19,815 nucleotides of DNA from Ferruginibacter sp. (GTDB lineage: Bacteria > Bacteroidota > Bacteroidia > Chitinophagales > Chitinophagaceae). The position numbers were made by a program, and so were the translations under genes. The stretch spans positions 1-19,815 of the forward strand of contig JAYVID010000149.1 in NCBI GenBank assembly GCA_043770525.1. Reading direction: 5' to 3'. Below are positions 1 through 8,523 of this stretch, piece by piece (the stretch's first letter is position 1; each line of letters begins with the position of its first letter). The notes beneath the pieces were generated by a model. It was not told the DNA's origin. It was given only the letters and a program-made list of their open reading frames with translations, and did not search any database.

Positions 1-162
1 ATACAGAAAATGATTTTTGCATTTTCAAACAAATTAAAAACCAACATTAAATAATAAAACAATCAAGAAAAGAATAGACTTTTGAATTTAGTTCTCTAAA
101 ATCTAATGTCTATAATCTGAAATCTAGAATTAAACTACTAACCACTCAACATATAATAACAA

Positions 163-2511
163 ATGCAAGTAATTAAGCGCAGCGGCAAAAAAGAATCGGT
201 ACATTTTGACAAAGTAACCTCAAGAGTTACAAGATTAAGTTATGGACTACAATTAAAATCGGAAGACATTATTGAAATATCTAAGAAAGTTGTTTCTGGT
301 ATTTTTAACAATGTAACCACTACAGAGTTAGACAACTTAGCAGCAGAAACCGCTGCATCGTTTACCACAAAACATCCTGATTTTGCAGTATTGGCAGCAA
401 GGATAGCGGTGAGTAACCTACACAAGAATACCAAAAAATTATTCAGCGAAACAGCTGAATTAATGTATCATTATATTGATACAAAAACAAATGCCCCTGC
501 TCCATTATTAGCAGATGATATTTATGCTATCATAAAAGAAAATGCAGATGTGTTGGATGCTGCTATCATTTATGAGAGAGATTTTAATTTTGATTTTTTT
601 GGTTTTAAAACCTTGGAAAAATCTTACTTGCTAAAAGTAAATGGTAAAATAGTAGAGCGTCCACAGCACATGTTTATGCGTGTAGCATTAGGCATACACA
701 AAGCAGATATTGACGCAGCTATTGAAACCTATAATTTAATGAGTGAAAAATGGTTCATTCATGCTACACCAACATTGTTTAACAGTGGTACTCCAAAACC
801 ACAAATGAGTAGCTGCTTTTTGCTAAGCATGAAAGATGATAGCATTAATGGCATTTACGATACATTAAAAGATTGCGCATTAATTTCTCAAAGTGCAGGT
901 GGTATAGGGTTAAACGTGCACAACGTTCGCAGTACAGGTAGTTATATAAAAGGCACAAACGGTACAAGTAATGGTATCATACCAATGCTTCGTGTGTTTA
1001 ACGATACTGCTCGTTATGTAGACCAAGGTGGTGGAAAAAGAAAAGGTGCATTTTCTGTTTACTTAGAGCCATGGCATGCAGATGTGTTTGAATTTTTGGA
1101 GCTAAGAAAAAACCATGGTAAAGAAGAAATGCGTGCTAGAGATTTATTTTTAGCCTTGTGGATACCAGATTTATTTATGAAGCGTGTAGAAGAAGATGCA
1201 GAGTGGAGCTTGTTTTGCCCTAATGAAGCAAAGAACCTACACACTACACATGGTGCAGAATTTGAAGCATTGTACATAAAATACGAGCAAGAAGGTAGAG
1301 CAAAGAAAACCATACAAGCAAGAGAATTATGGAATGCAGTATTGGAATCGCAAATAGAAACAGGTACACCGTATGTGTTGTATAAAGATGCGGCTAATAC
1401 TAAGAGCAACCAACAAAACCTTGGTACTATTCGTTGCAGTAACTTGTGTACAGAAATTATAGAGTATAGTGATGAAAACGAAACAGCGGTTTGTAATTTG
1501 GCTTCACTTTCTTTACCAAGATTTGTGGAAGGAAAGAAATTTAATTTTGAAAAATTAGTAGAAGTTACAAAAATTGTAACTCGTAATTTGAATAAAGTAA
1601 TAGATGGTAACTATTACCCAATACCTGAAACAAAAAGAAGTAATGAGCGCCATCGCCCAATAGGACTCGGTGTGCAAGGTTTGGCAGATGTGTTTATGAT
1701 GATGGGTTTGCCTTTTGAAAGTGAGATGGCAAAATTATTAAACGTAAATATTTTTGAGTCTATCTATTATGCAGCTATGACCGCAAGTTGTGAGCTAGCT
1801 AAAAAAGATGGTGCTTACCAAACGTTTAAAGGATCGCCATTGAGCCAAGGTAAATTCCAATTTGATTTGTGGAACGTAGCACCATCTGACCGTTACGATT
1901 GGGCTGCACTAAGAGCAGAAGTAATGGAGCATGGTGTAAGAAACTCTTTATTACTTGCGCCAATGCCTACAGCCTCTACATCACAAATATTGGGTAATAA
2001 CGAATGTTTTGAACCATACACTTCTAACATTTACAACCGTCGTGTATTGAGCGGTGAGTTTGCGGTAGTAAACAAACATTTATTGAAAGACCTTGGTGCA
2101 TTAAACTTGTGGAATGATAACATGAAGCAACGCATTATTGCAGCCAATGGTTCTGTACAAAATATAGATGAGATACCTGCTGACTTGAAAGAGATTTACA
2201 AAACAGTATGGGAGATAAAGCAAAAAACTGTGATAGATATGAGTGCAGATAGAGGCGCATACATTTGCCAATCTCAATCATTAAACTTATTTGTAGAGCA
2301 ACCAAACTTTGGTAAACTTTCTTCTATGCATTTTTATACTTGGAAAAAAGGATTGAAAACAGGTATGTACTACTTGCGTACAAAAGCTGCAGCAGATGCT
2401 ATTAAGTTTACAGTAGATGCTGATGTACTAAATCAAACAAAAGACGAACAACAAGCTGCTATATCATGCTCATTGGATAATCCGGATGCATGTGAAGCGT
2501 GTGGGTCGTAG
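163..2511 (+). CDS. nrdA: Ribonucleoside-diphosphate reductase, class Ia large (alpha) subunit
   Basis: 782-aa ORF. The N-terminus is ATP-cone-like ([21 protein letters not shown], close to eukaryotic/class Ia R1). Conserved core segments are present ([34 protein letters not shown]), and the C-terminal tail has a CxxC (CEACGS). Confidence 0.95.
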   Translation: MQVIKRSGKKESVHFDKVTSRVTRLSYGLQLKSEDIIEISKKVVSGIFNNVTTTELDNLAAETAASFTTKHPDFAVLAARIAVSNLHKNTKKLFSETAELMYHYIDTKTNAPAPLLADDIYAIIKENADVLDAAIIYERDFNFDFFGFKTLEKSYLLKVNGKIVERPQHMFMRVALGIHKADIDAAIETYNLMSEKWFIHATPTLFNSGTPKPQMSSCFLLSMKDDSINGIYDTLKDCALISQSAGGIGLNVHNVRSTGSYIKGTNGTSNGIIPMLRVFNDTARYVDQGGGKRKGAFSVYLEPWHADVFEFLELRKNHGKEEMRARDLFLALWIPDLFMKRVEEDAEWSLFCPNEAKNLHTTHGAEFEALYIKYEQEGRAKKTIQARELWNAVLESQIETGTPYVLYKDAANTKSNQQNLGTIRCSNLCTEIIEYSDENETAVCNLASLSLPRFVEGKKFNFEKLVEVTKIVTRNLNKVIDGNYYPIPETKRSNERHRPIGLGVQGLADVFMMMGLPFESEMAKLLNVNIFESIYYAAMTASCELAKKDGAYQTFKGSPLSQGKFQFDLWNVAPSDRYDWAALRAEVMEHGVRNSLLLAPMPTASTSQILGNNECFEPYTSNIYNRRVLSGEFAVVNKHLLKDLGALNLWNDNMKQRIIAANGSVQNIDEIPADLKEIYKTVWEIKQKTVIDMSADRGAYICQSQSLNLFVEQPNFGKLSSMHFYTWKKGLKTGMYYLRTKAAADAIKFTVDADVLNQTKDEQQAAISCSLDNPDACEACGS

Positions 2512-2542
2512 AATTATAATAACCCCCTTATTTTCTTACAAT

Positions 2543-2571
2543 AAAAGCCTCTATATTTTAGAGGTTTTTTT
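2543..2571. terminator. Putative bidirectional rho-independent terminator between convergent nrdA and the ATPase gene
   Basis: Hairpin CCTCTA (2548-2553) / TAGAGG (2559-2564) with a 5-nt loop, preceded by an A-run and followed by a T-run (2565-2571). Confidence 0.6.
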
Positions 2572-2605
2572 GTAAAAAATATTTTAAACCATTCATTTTT
2601 TAAAT

Positions 2606-3400
2606 TTACAAATGCCTTAAATAATGGCTTGGATTATCTAAAAAAGTTTTTGTAATTCGGTAGTGATCTGTTTCGGTGTAGGGTACTTCGTTCATACCAT
2701 TTTCTTGTATTTCATAAATAGTGGCACCGGGTATACCCATAAGAATGGGGGAGTGTGTAGCAATAATGAATTGTGCATTTTTCATTTTTACAATTTCCAT
2801 TATTAATGAAATAAGTGATAGCTGTTTTAATGGAGATAATGCAGCCTCGGGCTCATCTAATAAAAAAATGCCTTTATCTCCAATACGGGTTTGTAGTATT
2901 TTTAAAAATGCTTCACCATGTGAATATGCTTGCATGTTTCCTCCATAATTTTTTCGCATTTCACGTAAATTGTAATTCATACTTTCACTCAATCTGTCAA
3001 TAATACTATCATCTACTTGCCCTTTAAGTTCAATTAAATCCAATGCTATTTTTTTATTTTCATTTTCTACAGAATTTACAAAATCACTAAAATCTTCTGC
3101 TCTAAAAAAGAAGCCTTTGTAAGTTTCTTTATTCCAAACTATTTCTAAAAAAGGCTCTATGCTTACTGAAGCTTCAAAGCCAGAACGTTCATGGTGTTTT
3201 ATGCCTCCACCAATTAATGGAAAATTAAGTTTATAAGCAATACTTTCAAGCAAGGTTGATTTGCCACAGCCATTATCACCTACAAAAATAGTAACTGCTT
3301 TATTGAGTTCTATATTTTTTGCAAATAGCACAGCAGGAATATCAAAGGGAAAAGGGCTTTGCTTAGTGGTGTTTATAGAAAATGATTTTATGAAAGGCAT
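2606..3400 (-). CDS. Small stand-alone ABC/SMC-fold ATPase (COG3910-like by memory); function unknown
   Basis: 264-aa ORF with Walker A GDNGCGKST, Walker B/D-loop IFLLDEPEAALSP and H-loop ATHSPIL. No transmembrane or nuclease domain is evident. Confidence 0.8.
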   Translation of the reverse strand: MPFIKSFSINTTKQSPFPFDIPAVLFAKNIELNKAVTIFVGDNGCGKSTLLESIAYKLNFPLIGGGIKHHERSGFEASVSIEPFLEIVWNKETYKGFFFRAEDFSDFVNSVENENKKIALDLIELKGQVDDSIIDRLSESMNYNLREMRKNYGGNMQAYSHGEAFLKILQTRIGDKGIFLLDEPEAALSPLKQLSLISLIMEIVKMKNAQFIIATHSPILMGIPGATIYEIQENGMNEVPYTETDHYRITKTFLDNPSHYLRHL

Positions 3401-3406
3401 ACATTT

Positions 3407-4342
3407 TTATTTTATTGGAACTGGCCAATTGTAACTTTTTATGATAAAAGAATCTTGCATATAAGACTCTCCTGTATTTCCTTCTATTGAAAAAGCTTTT
3501 TTGTTTTTGTCAAATCTTTCAACAAAAGTTCCTTTATTGTTTATTGAAAATAACCTAAAAGAAGCTCTATCGCTAGAGGGTACAAGTGTACAAAACTCAC
3601 TATTGTCAAAATTTAAAAAATCTAAATTAGTATCCCCGTCTACATCACCATAAAGCACATCAGAAGTAAATCTACAAGAATAAAAGCTACTTATTTTATT
3701 GGCACTAAAGGAATAAATTATTTGAAGACAAATATTATCTACTGAGCCGCCTGTATAAGGTAAATCAGCATCAAAATAACAATATTTTTTACCTTTAAAA
3801 GTAAACAACTTATAACTTTTTTCATTTAAAAATATTATATCTGCTATACTAGATTCAGATTTTTCCGGATTATAGTTTTTAATAAGCTTGCCGTTACAAA
3901 TTATTTTTTGAGATTCAATATCTCCAAATTTATAAATGGATACAAATTTTATATCCTTATTGCTAAGTGTATCATACCTAATTTTATTTTTTTTATTTAT
4001 AAAAACTGAATGAGCAAGCGTTTCATCGTTCAAAAATTTTATTTCGCTCCTGTTTATGTTTTTATAGATAAAATTATGAAGTAATAAACTATTTGTATCA
4101 ATTACATTTAGTTTTTCTGTTTCAATTTTTTCTGCAATATACCCTTTGTAATAACCTGAATCTTCTTCTGTGCGCCAAGGGAAAGCTACTGTATCATTGT
4201 ATCTATAAATCTTCTTTGTTTCTATTTTATTTTTAAAATTAAGGCTATCGCTTTTGTTATTTACTGTATCTTCATTTTTACTTTTTGTAATACAAGAAAA
4301 CAAAAAGAGTATAGGCAAACAGCTTTTAAAATGTAATTTCAT
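3407..4342 (-). CDS. Hypothetical lipoprotein
   Basis: 311-aa ORF with a signal peptide ending in a lipobox-like LFLFSC. It has an Asn/Lys-rich composition and a DVDGDTNLD calcium-binding/FG-GAP-like motif near the C-terminus. Its stop is 6 nt upstream of the ATPase start on the same strand. The gene is very AT-rich (15/60 G+C in line 3961). Confidence 0.6.
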   Translation of the reverse strand: MKLHFKSCLPILFLFSCITKSKNEDTVNNKSDSLNFKNKIETKKIYRYNDTVAFPWRTEEDSGYYKGYIAEKIETEKLNVIDTNSLLLHNFIYKNINRSEIKFLNDETLAHSVFINKKNKIRYDTLSNKDIKFVSIYKFGDIESQKIICNGKLIKNYNPEKSESSIADIIFLNEKSYKLFTFKGKKYCYFDADLPYTGGSVDNICLQIIYSFSANKISSFYSCRFTSDVLYGDVDGDTNLDFLNFDNSEFCTLVPSSDRASFRLFSINNKGTFVERFDKNKKAFSIEGNTGESYMQDSFIIKSYNWPVPIK

Positions 4343-4400
4343 GCTACTAAATTAAAGTAAAAAGTATGTTTAATCTTATCATTAAAAAAAGGAATTGTAA

Positions 4401-4688
4401 ATGATACCTGCAGAAATAAAAAATGCTGTCTTAAAAAAAATGAAAATGGGTTACCCAATAGGAGAACTAAAAGTAATGTTGGAAAAAGAAGGCTATAGTG
4501 AAGTAGAAATAAATGAGTGCTTTGAAAAACCAAGGCCAGACATGAGGTCGTGGTATTTGTTTTTTGGGTTGTTATTTTTTATTTCTGGTTTATGGGTTAT
4601 AATGCGGTATAATCACTTTGAACTAATTATTTTGGGCACAACCCTAATTTTATTGTATTTTAAAGAGGAAGATAAAAGAAAAAAGTAA
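4401..4688 (+). CDS. Small membrane protein (about 45-aa soluble N-terminal part plus two predicted TM helices), paralog A
   Basis: 95-aa ORF. Hydrophobic stretches WYLFFGLLFFISGLWVIM and LIILGTTLILLYF. About 80% identical by eye to ORF 5718..6023. Confidence 0.65.
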   Translation: MIPAEIKNAVLKKMKMGYPIGELKVMLEKEGYSEVEINECFEKPRPDMRSWYLFFGLLFFISGLWVIMRYNHFELIILGTTLILLYFKEEDKRKK

Positions 4689-4752
4689 ATATTTTATCCA
4701 ATTCTTGTAAGCATATTTTTTAATGCTTTAAAATAATGTAAAAATAATCTAT

Positions 4753-4797
4753 AAAAAAAGAGGTAAATTTTCGCTTTGAAAATTTACCTCTTTTTTT
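4753..4797. terminator. Bidirectional rho-independent terminator
   Basis: Perfect 13-bp stem AGAGGTAAATTTT (4759-4771) / AAAATTTACCTCT (4779-4791) with a 7-nt loop, an A-run upstream and a T-run downstream. It lies between convergent genes 4401..4688(+) and 4812..5630(-). Confidence 0.85.
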
Positions 4798-4811
4798 ATG
4801 AATTAATAAAA

Positions 4812-5630
4812 TTAAAATTGAAATCCAATCCTAATTCCTGTAACTACTGAAGGTGCAATTGAACTATTTTTTCCTGGAGATTTGATATCAATAGGAGTAG
4901 TTGTAGTGCTTGTTATAACAAAAGAAGCATTTACAACAGAAGTTGTGTTTTGACCAGTTATTTCCTTAGATTTTAAAGATTGGAAACCAAACCCTAACTC
5001 TGCACCTAAATATACATTTTTAACAATATAATATTCAGCACCCGTAACAAGCCTAAAGCCAAAACCACTACTTGCGTTTCCAGATGCATTTGAACCTTTT
5101 AAATTACCACTAAATCCCTGTTGAAAACTAGTTCCAGCAGTATTAGTATTTTCTCTTTTTTCAGAAGCATTGCTTGAAAAAACTAATAAATCTCCACCAA
5201 CGTATGTAGACAATCTATCAGAACCTTTGAAATGTTTTTCAACTCCAAGATTAATGGTTATACCACTATTCTTTGTTACCAATGAACCCTGTAAACCTGA
5301 AATAGGTAATCCTGTAGGGGCATAAAAATTCTTTGTATTTGATTTATTTGTTACGCTAAAACCAATTCTTGCAGCCAAATTGTTTGATAAAAAGTACCTG
5401 AATCTAAGTAAGCCAGCATTGTTGTTTAAAGCTAAATCAGTATTCATTAAACCTCCGGTAAGCCCAAATTCTGCAGTAATTGTACCAGTAATGGGCTTGT
5501 AATTTTTTATTTCTGCAACAACTTTCTTCATTGCTTCTACATTATAAGATTTTACAGTAGTGGTAGTTTTATTTTGTGCATTTGCGCCTAGTGCTCCTAT
5601 TGAAGCAAGTGTAAATAATAGTTTTCTCAT
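4812..5630 (-). CDS. Outer-membrane beta-barrel (porin-family/OmpA-N-like) protein
   Basis: 272-aa ORF with signal peptide MRKLLFTLASIGALGANAQ, alternating Gly/aromatic beta-strand pattern and a C-terminal aromatic signature ...GIRIGFQF. Confidence 0.75.
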   Translation of the reverse strand: MRKLLFTLASIGALGANAQNKTTTTVKSYNVEAMKKVVAEIKNYKPITGTITAEFGLTGGLMNTDLALNNNAGLLRFRYFLSNNLAARIGFSVTNKSNTKNFYAPTGLPISGLQGSLVTKNSGITINLGVEKHFKGSDRLSTYVGGDLLVFSSNASEKRENTNTAGTSFQQGFSGNLKGSNASGNASSGFGFRLVTGAEYYIVKNVYLGAELGFGFQSLKSKEITGQNTTSVVNASFVITSTTTTPIDIKSPGKNSSIAPSVVTGIRIGFQF

Positions 5631-5701
5631 TTTTTAGTTTTTTTTGTATTTTACAAATATCATGCCATGTAGTAATTTTACTACAAAAAGTGAATTGTTT
5701 T

Positions 5702-5709
5702 TATTTTTG
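5702..5709 (+). promoter_or_regulatory. Candidate Bacteroidota -7 promoter box (TAnnTTTG)
   Basis: TATTTTTG matches the TAnnTTTG consensus and sits just upstream of the small membrane gene / carB transcription unit. Confidence 0.3.
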
Positions 5710-5717
5710 AAGCATAG

Positions 5718-6023
5718 TTGATAAATAAATATACTGTTGTGACTGTTGAACAAAAAAAACAAATTCTTACGAAAATGAAAACTGGTTATCCAATTGGAGA
5801 ACTAAAAGCGATGTTGAAAAAAGAAGGATTTAACGAAGCAGAAATAAATGAATGCTTTAAAAAACCAAAACCAGACATGAGATCATGGTATTTGTTTTTT
5901 GGGTTGTTATTTTCAGTTTCTGGTATATGGTTTATAATGCGGTATAATCATTTTGAACTGATTATTTTGGGGACAGGCCTTATTCTATTGTTTTTTAAGG
6001 AGGTTGATAAAAGAAAAAAGTAA
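5718..6023 (+). CDS. Small membrane protein, paralog B
   Basis: 101-aa ORF homologous to 4401..4688 over its whole length. The start is uncertain (TTG 5718 or GTG 5739); similarity to paralog A already begins at VEQKKQILTKMK, so the start lies upstream of the first ATG. Confidence 0.6.
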   Translation: MINKYTVVTVEQKKQILTKMKTGYPIGELKAMLKKEGFNEAEINECFKKPKPDMRSWYLFFGLLFSVSGIWFIMRYNHFELIILGTGLILLFFKEVDKRKK

Positions 6024-6110
6024 GTGTTTTGGAAGGATAATAACAAGCGTATTTTTTATTTTACTTTTTTCAAGTTACTTTTACACGCCACAAAAAAGGC
6101 AATTCCTCTC

Positions 6111-7763
6111 ATGCCAAAAAACGAAAAAATACAATCAGTTTTAATTATTGGAAGTGGCCCTATTGTAATTGGCCAAGCCTGCGAATTTGACTATAGTGGT
6201 ACACAAGCCGCTCGTAGCCTGCGGGAAGAAGGGGTAAAGGTAATTTTGATAAACAGCAACCCTGCCACTATAATGACCGACCCTATGATGGCAGATAGGG
6301 TGTACTTACTGCCACTTACGGTAGAAAGTATTGAGCAAATTTTAGAAGAAAACCAAATAGATGCCGTACTACCAACCATGGGAGGACAAACTGCATTGAA
6401 CCTTTGCAAAGAAGTAGATGAACTGGGTATATGGGAGAAATATAATGTAGCCCTCATTGGTGTAGATATAAAAGCAATAGATAAAGCAGAAGACAGAGAA
6501 AAGTTTAGACTCTGGATGATTGAAATGGGCATACCCGTTTGCCAAGCACATATTGCCAATTCATTTTTAGAAGGAAAAGAATTTGCTCAAGAAATAGGAT
6601 TTCCATTGGTGCTTCGCCCATCCTTTACACTTGGTGGTAGCGGTGGTGGAATTGTATTTAAAAAAGAAGAACTAGATGAAGCCTTAAATAATGCCCTTAC
6701 TGCAAGCCCTATACATGAAGTATTAGTAGAAAAAGCAATAATAGGTTGGAAAGAATTTGAACTAGAGTTGTTGAGGGATAATGCAGATAATGTTGCCATT
6801 ATTTGTACGGTAGAAAATTTTGACCCCATGGGTGTACATACAGGTGACAGCATAACAGTTGCACCTGCTATGACCCTGAGTGATACTGCATATCAACTCA
6901 TGCGTAATACGGCAATTTCAATGATGCGCAACTTGGGAAATTTTGCTGGCGGTTGTAATGTACAGTTTGCGCTTAACCCACATACCGAAGAAATAATAGT
7001 GGTAGAAATAAACCCTCGTGTAAGCCGCAGCTCAGCACTAGCAAGCAAAGCCACAGGTTATCCCATTGCAAAAATAGCTGCTAAATTAGCAATAGGTTAT
7101 AATTTAGATGAACTTAAAAATCAAATTACGCAATCTACGTCCGCTTATTTTGAACCTGCGTTGGATTATGTAATTGTAAAAATACCTCGTTGGAATTTTG
7201 ATAAATTTAAAGGTGCTAATGATACACTTGGTTTTCAAATGAAATCGGTTGGAGAAGTAATGGCCATTGGCAGAAGCTTTGCAGAAGCCATACAAAAAGC
7301 TTGTGTGAGTTTAGAAAACGAAGCCGTTGGTTTGGGTTATTATGGCAAAAGTTTAATGAAAGCCGATGAACTAATTGAATACATAAAAATACCAAAGTGG
7401 GATAGGGTATTTCGTATAAAAGATGCGCTGATGGCGGGTGTGAGTGTAAAGCGTATTTGCGAAAGCACCAAAATAGACCGTTGGTTTATTTACCAAATTC
7501 AAAAAATAGCAGATTGCGAAAAAGAAATTGCGAAATACAATTTTGCATCATTACCTGAGGAATTATTGAGAGAAGCAAAAATGATTGGTTTCTCAGATGA
7601 ACAAATGGTACGCATTATGCAAGATGGTGATGCAGATGCTATGTATGAGCGTAGGAAAACATTGGGTATTACTCGTGTTTTTAAAATGGTAGATACTTGT
7701 AGTGCAGAGTTTGAGGCGAAGACGCCGTATTTTTATAGTACGTTTGAGAATAGTTCTTCGTAA
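6111..7763 (+). CDS. carB: Carbamoyl-phosphate synthase large subunit, N-terminal half (carboxyphosphate ATP-grasp unit plus oligomerisation domain)
   Basis: [30 protein letters not shown] matches the canonical CarB N-terminus (E. coli [30 protein letters not shown]), so ATG 6111 is preferred over the GTG at 6024. The ORF ends ...[24 protein letters not shown], at the position of E. coli ...[22 protein letters not shown]. Confidence 0.92.
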   Translation: [550 protein letters not shown]

Positions 7764-7787
7764 AATTAAATTATCAAAAATTTAGTT

Positions 7788-8048
7788 ATGCAAACATTAA
7801 TTATATCATCAAAAAATAAAAAATCTTTAAAAGCTATAAAGACCTTTGCTAAAGAACTAGATGATGTTACAATTACTGTCAAAGATGAAGAGGAAACGGA
7901 CGAATTCTTTTATATCAATGGAGTAAGAGTAAGAAAGGGGAAAGGAAAACTTGACATCGAAAAATTAGCAGGTAGTTTTCCTAATTTGGGTATGAACCCT
8001 AAGACTTTTAGAAAAAAGATATGGAGGAGAAAAAAATCAGAATTTTGA
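7788..8048 (+). CDS. Small protein with a strongly basic C-terminal tail; antitoxin-like by size and position, family not recognised
   Basis: 86-aa ORF starting 24 nt after the carB-N stop and ending 4 nt before the next ORF. The N-terminus MQTLIISSKNKKSLKAIKTFAKEL resembles small Bacteroidota antitoxin-type proteins I recall. The tail is KTFRKKIWRRKKSEF. Confidence 0.5.
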   Translation: MQTLIISSKNKKSLKAIKTFAKELDDVTITVKDEEETDEFFYINGVRVRKGKGKLDIEKLAGSFPNLGMNPKTFRKKIWRRKKSEF

Positions 8049-8052
8049 TAGA

Positions 8053-8523
8053 ATGAGTAGATTAAATCAAGAATATAAAAAACAAACAGAAAAAGAAATG
8101 TTCCTTGAAGAGTGGGAAGAGCCTTATTACAATGGTTTGTCTTCATGGAGAGAATATTTAGAAATATCATTAGAGTTTTTTAAGAAAGAGTTTAAAAGTT
8201 ATAATGAAAAAATTAAAGAAATAGACAAAATTCATGAAGGGAAATTTTATGAAGTTGATGATGGTTTTGCAGGAGTATATACAATAGATGGGCATGATGT
8301 ATATGAAGATGATATGATTGCTTTATCAGTAGCTAAGGATAAAGTATTTCCTTTAATTCTAATGGGTGTTTATACTGATTTTGAAAAAACATTAATAGGT
8401 ATTTGTAAGAGATTAGAATATTTAAAACCAAATCTGCAATCATTCAAAGGAGATAAAATTACAGAATGTAAAGATTATCTATGTGGGCCAAATATTCTAA
8501 ATATTGTTTTTCAGAATCTCTAA
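8053..8523 (+). CDS. N-terminal portion of a HEPN-like protein (or a separate 156-aa protein)
   Basis: 156-aa ORF that overlaps the next ORF by 43 nt in a different frame. The downstream frame is open from 8472, so a single-nt deletion (or a -1 shift) between 8472 and 8520 would fuse the two ORFs into a protein of about 250 aa. Confidence 0.5.
   Translation: MSRLNQEYKKQTEKEMFLEEWEEPYYNGLSSWREYLEISLEFFKKEFKSYNEKIKEIDKIHEGKFYEVDDGFAGVYTIDGHDVYEDDMIALSVAKDKVFPLILMGVYTDFEKTLIGICKRLEYLKPNLQSFKGDKITECKDYLCGPNILNIVFQNL

Noticed and set aside
1-162. A promoter or NrdR-type box upstream of nrdA.
   Set aside because: TAGACTTTTG at about 76-85 misses the TAnnTTTG spacing by one base. No convincing NrdR-box pair was seen, and the upstream gene is cut off by the window edge.
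240-1409. Antisense ORFs inside nrdA (240..434 and 1059..1409, minus strand).
   Set aside because: They lie wholly within a strongly supported CDS on the other strand, have low-complexity or Cys/Ser-rich composition, and look like typical shadow ORFs.
2721-3003. Plus-strand ORFs 2721..2948 and 2815..3003, and similar antisense ORFs at 4339..4533, 7910..8170, 10160..10387, 11831..12025, 13438..13692, 14860..15255, 16464..17726 and 18921..19127.
   Set aside because: All are embedded opposite longer ORFs that carry recognisable motifs. None has start, promoter or terminator context.
6024-6110. A 29-codon N-terminal extension of carB from a GTG start (MFWKDNNKRIFYFTFF...).
   Set aside because: The canonical CarB N-terminus MPK...(L/V)LI(L/I)G(A/S)[15 protein letters not shown] begins at ATG 6111. 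The extension is hydrophobic, low-complexity sequence that abuts the preceding stop codon.
6191-7295. Antisense ORFs inside the carB N-half (6191..6559, 6369..6551, 6587..6853, 7104..7295), and likewise 9264..9554 inside the C-half.
   Set aside because: They are shadow ORFs opposite a conserved CDS and carry no independent signals.
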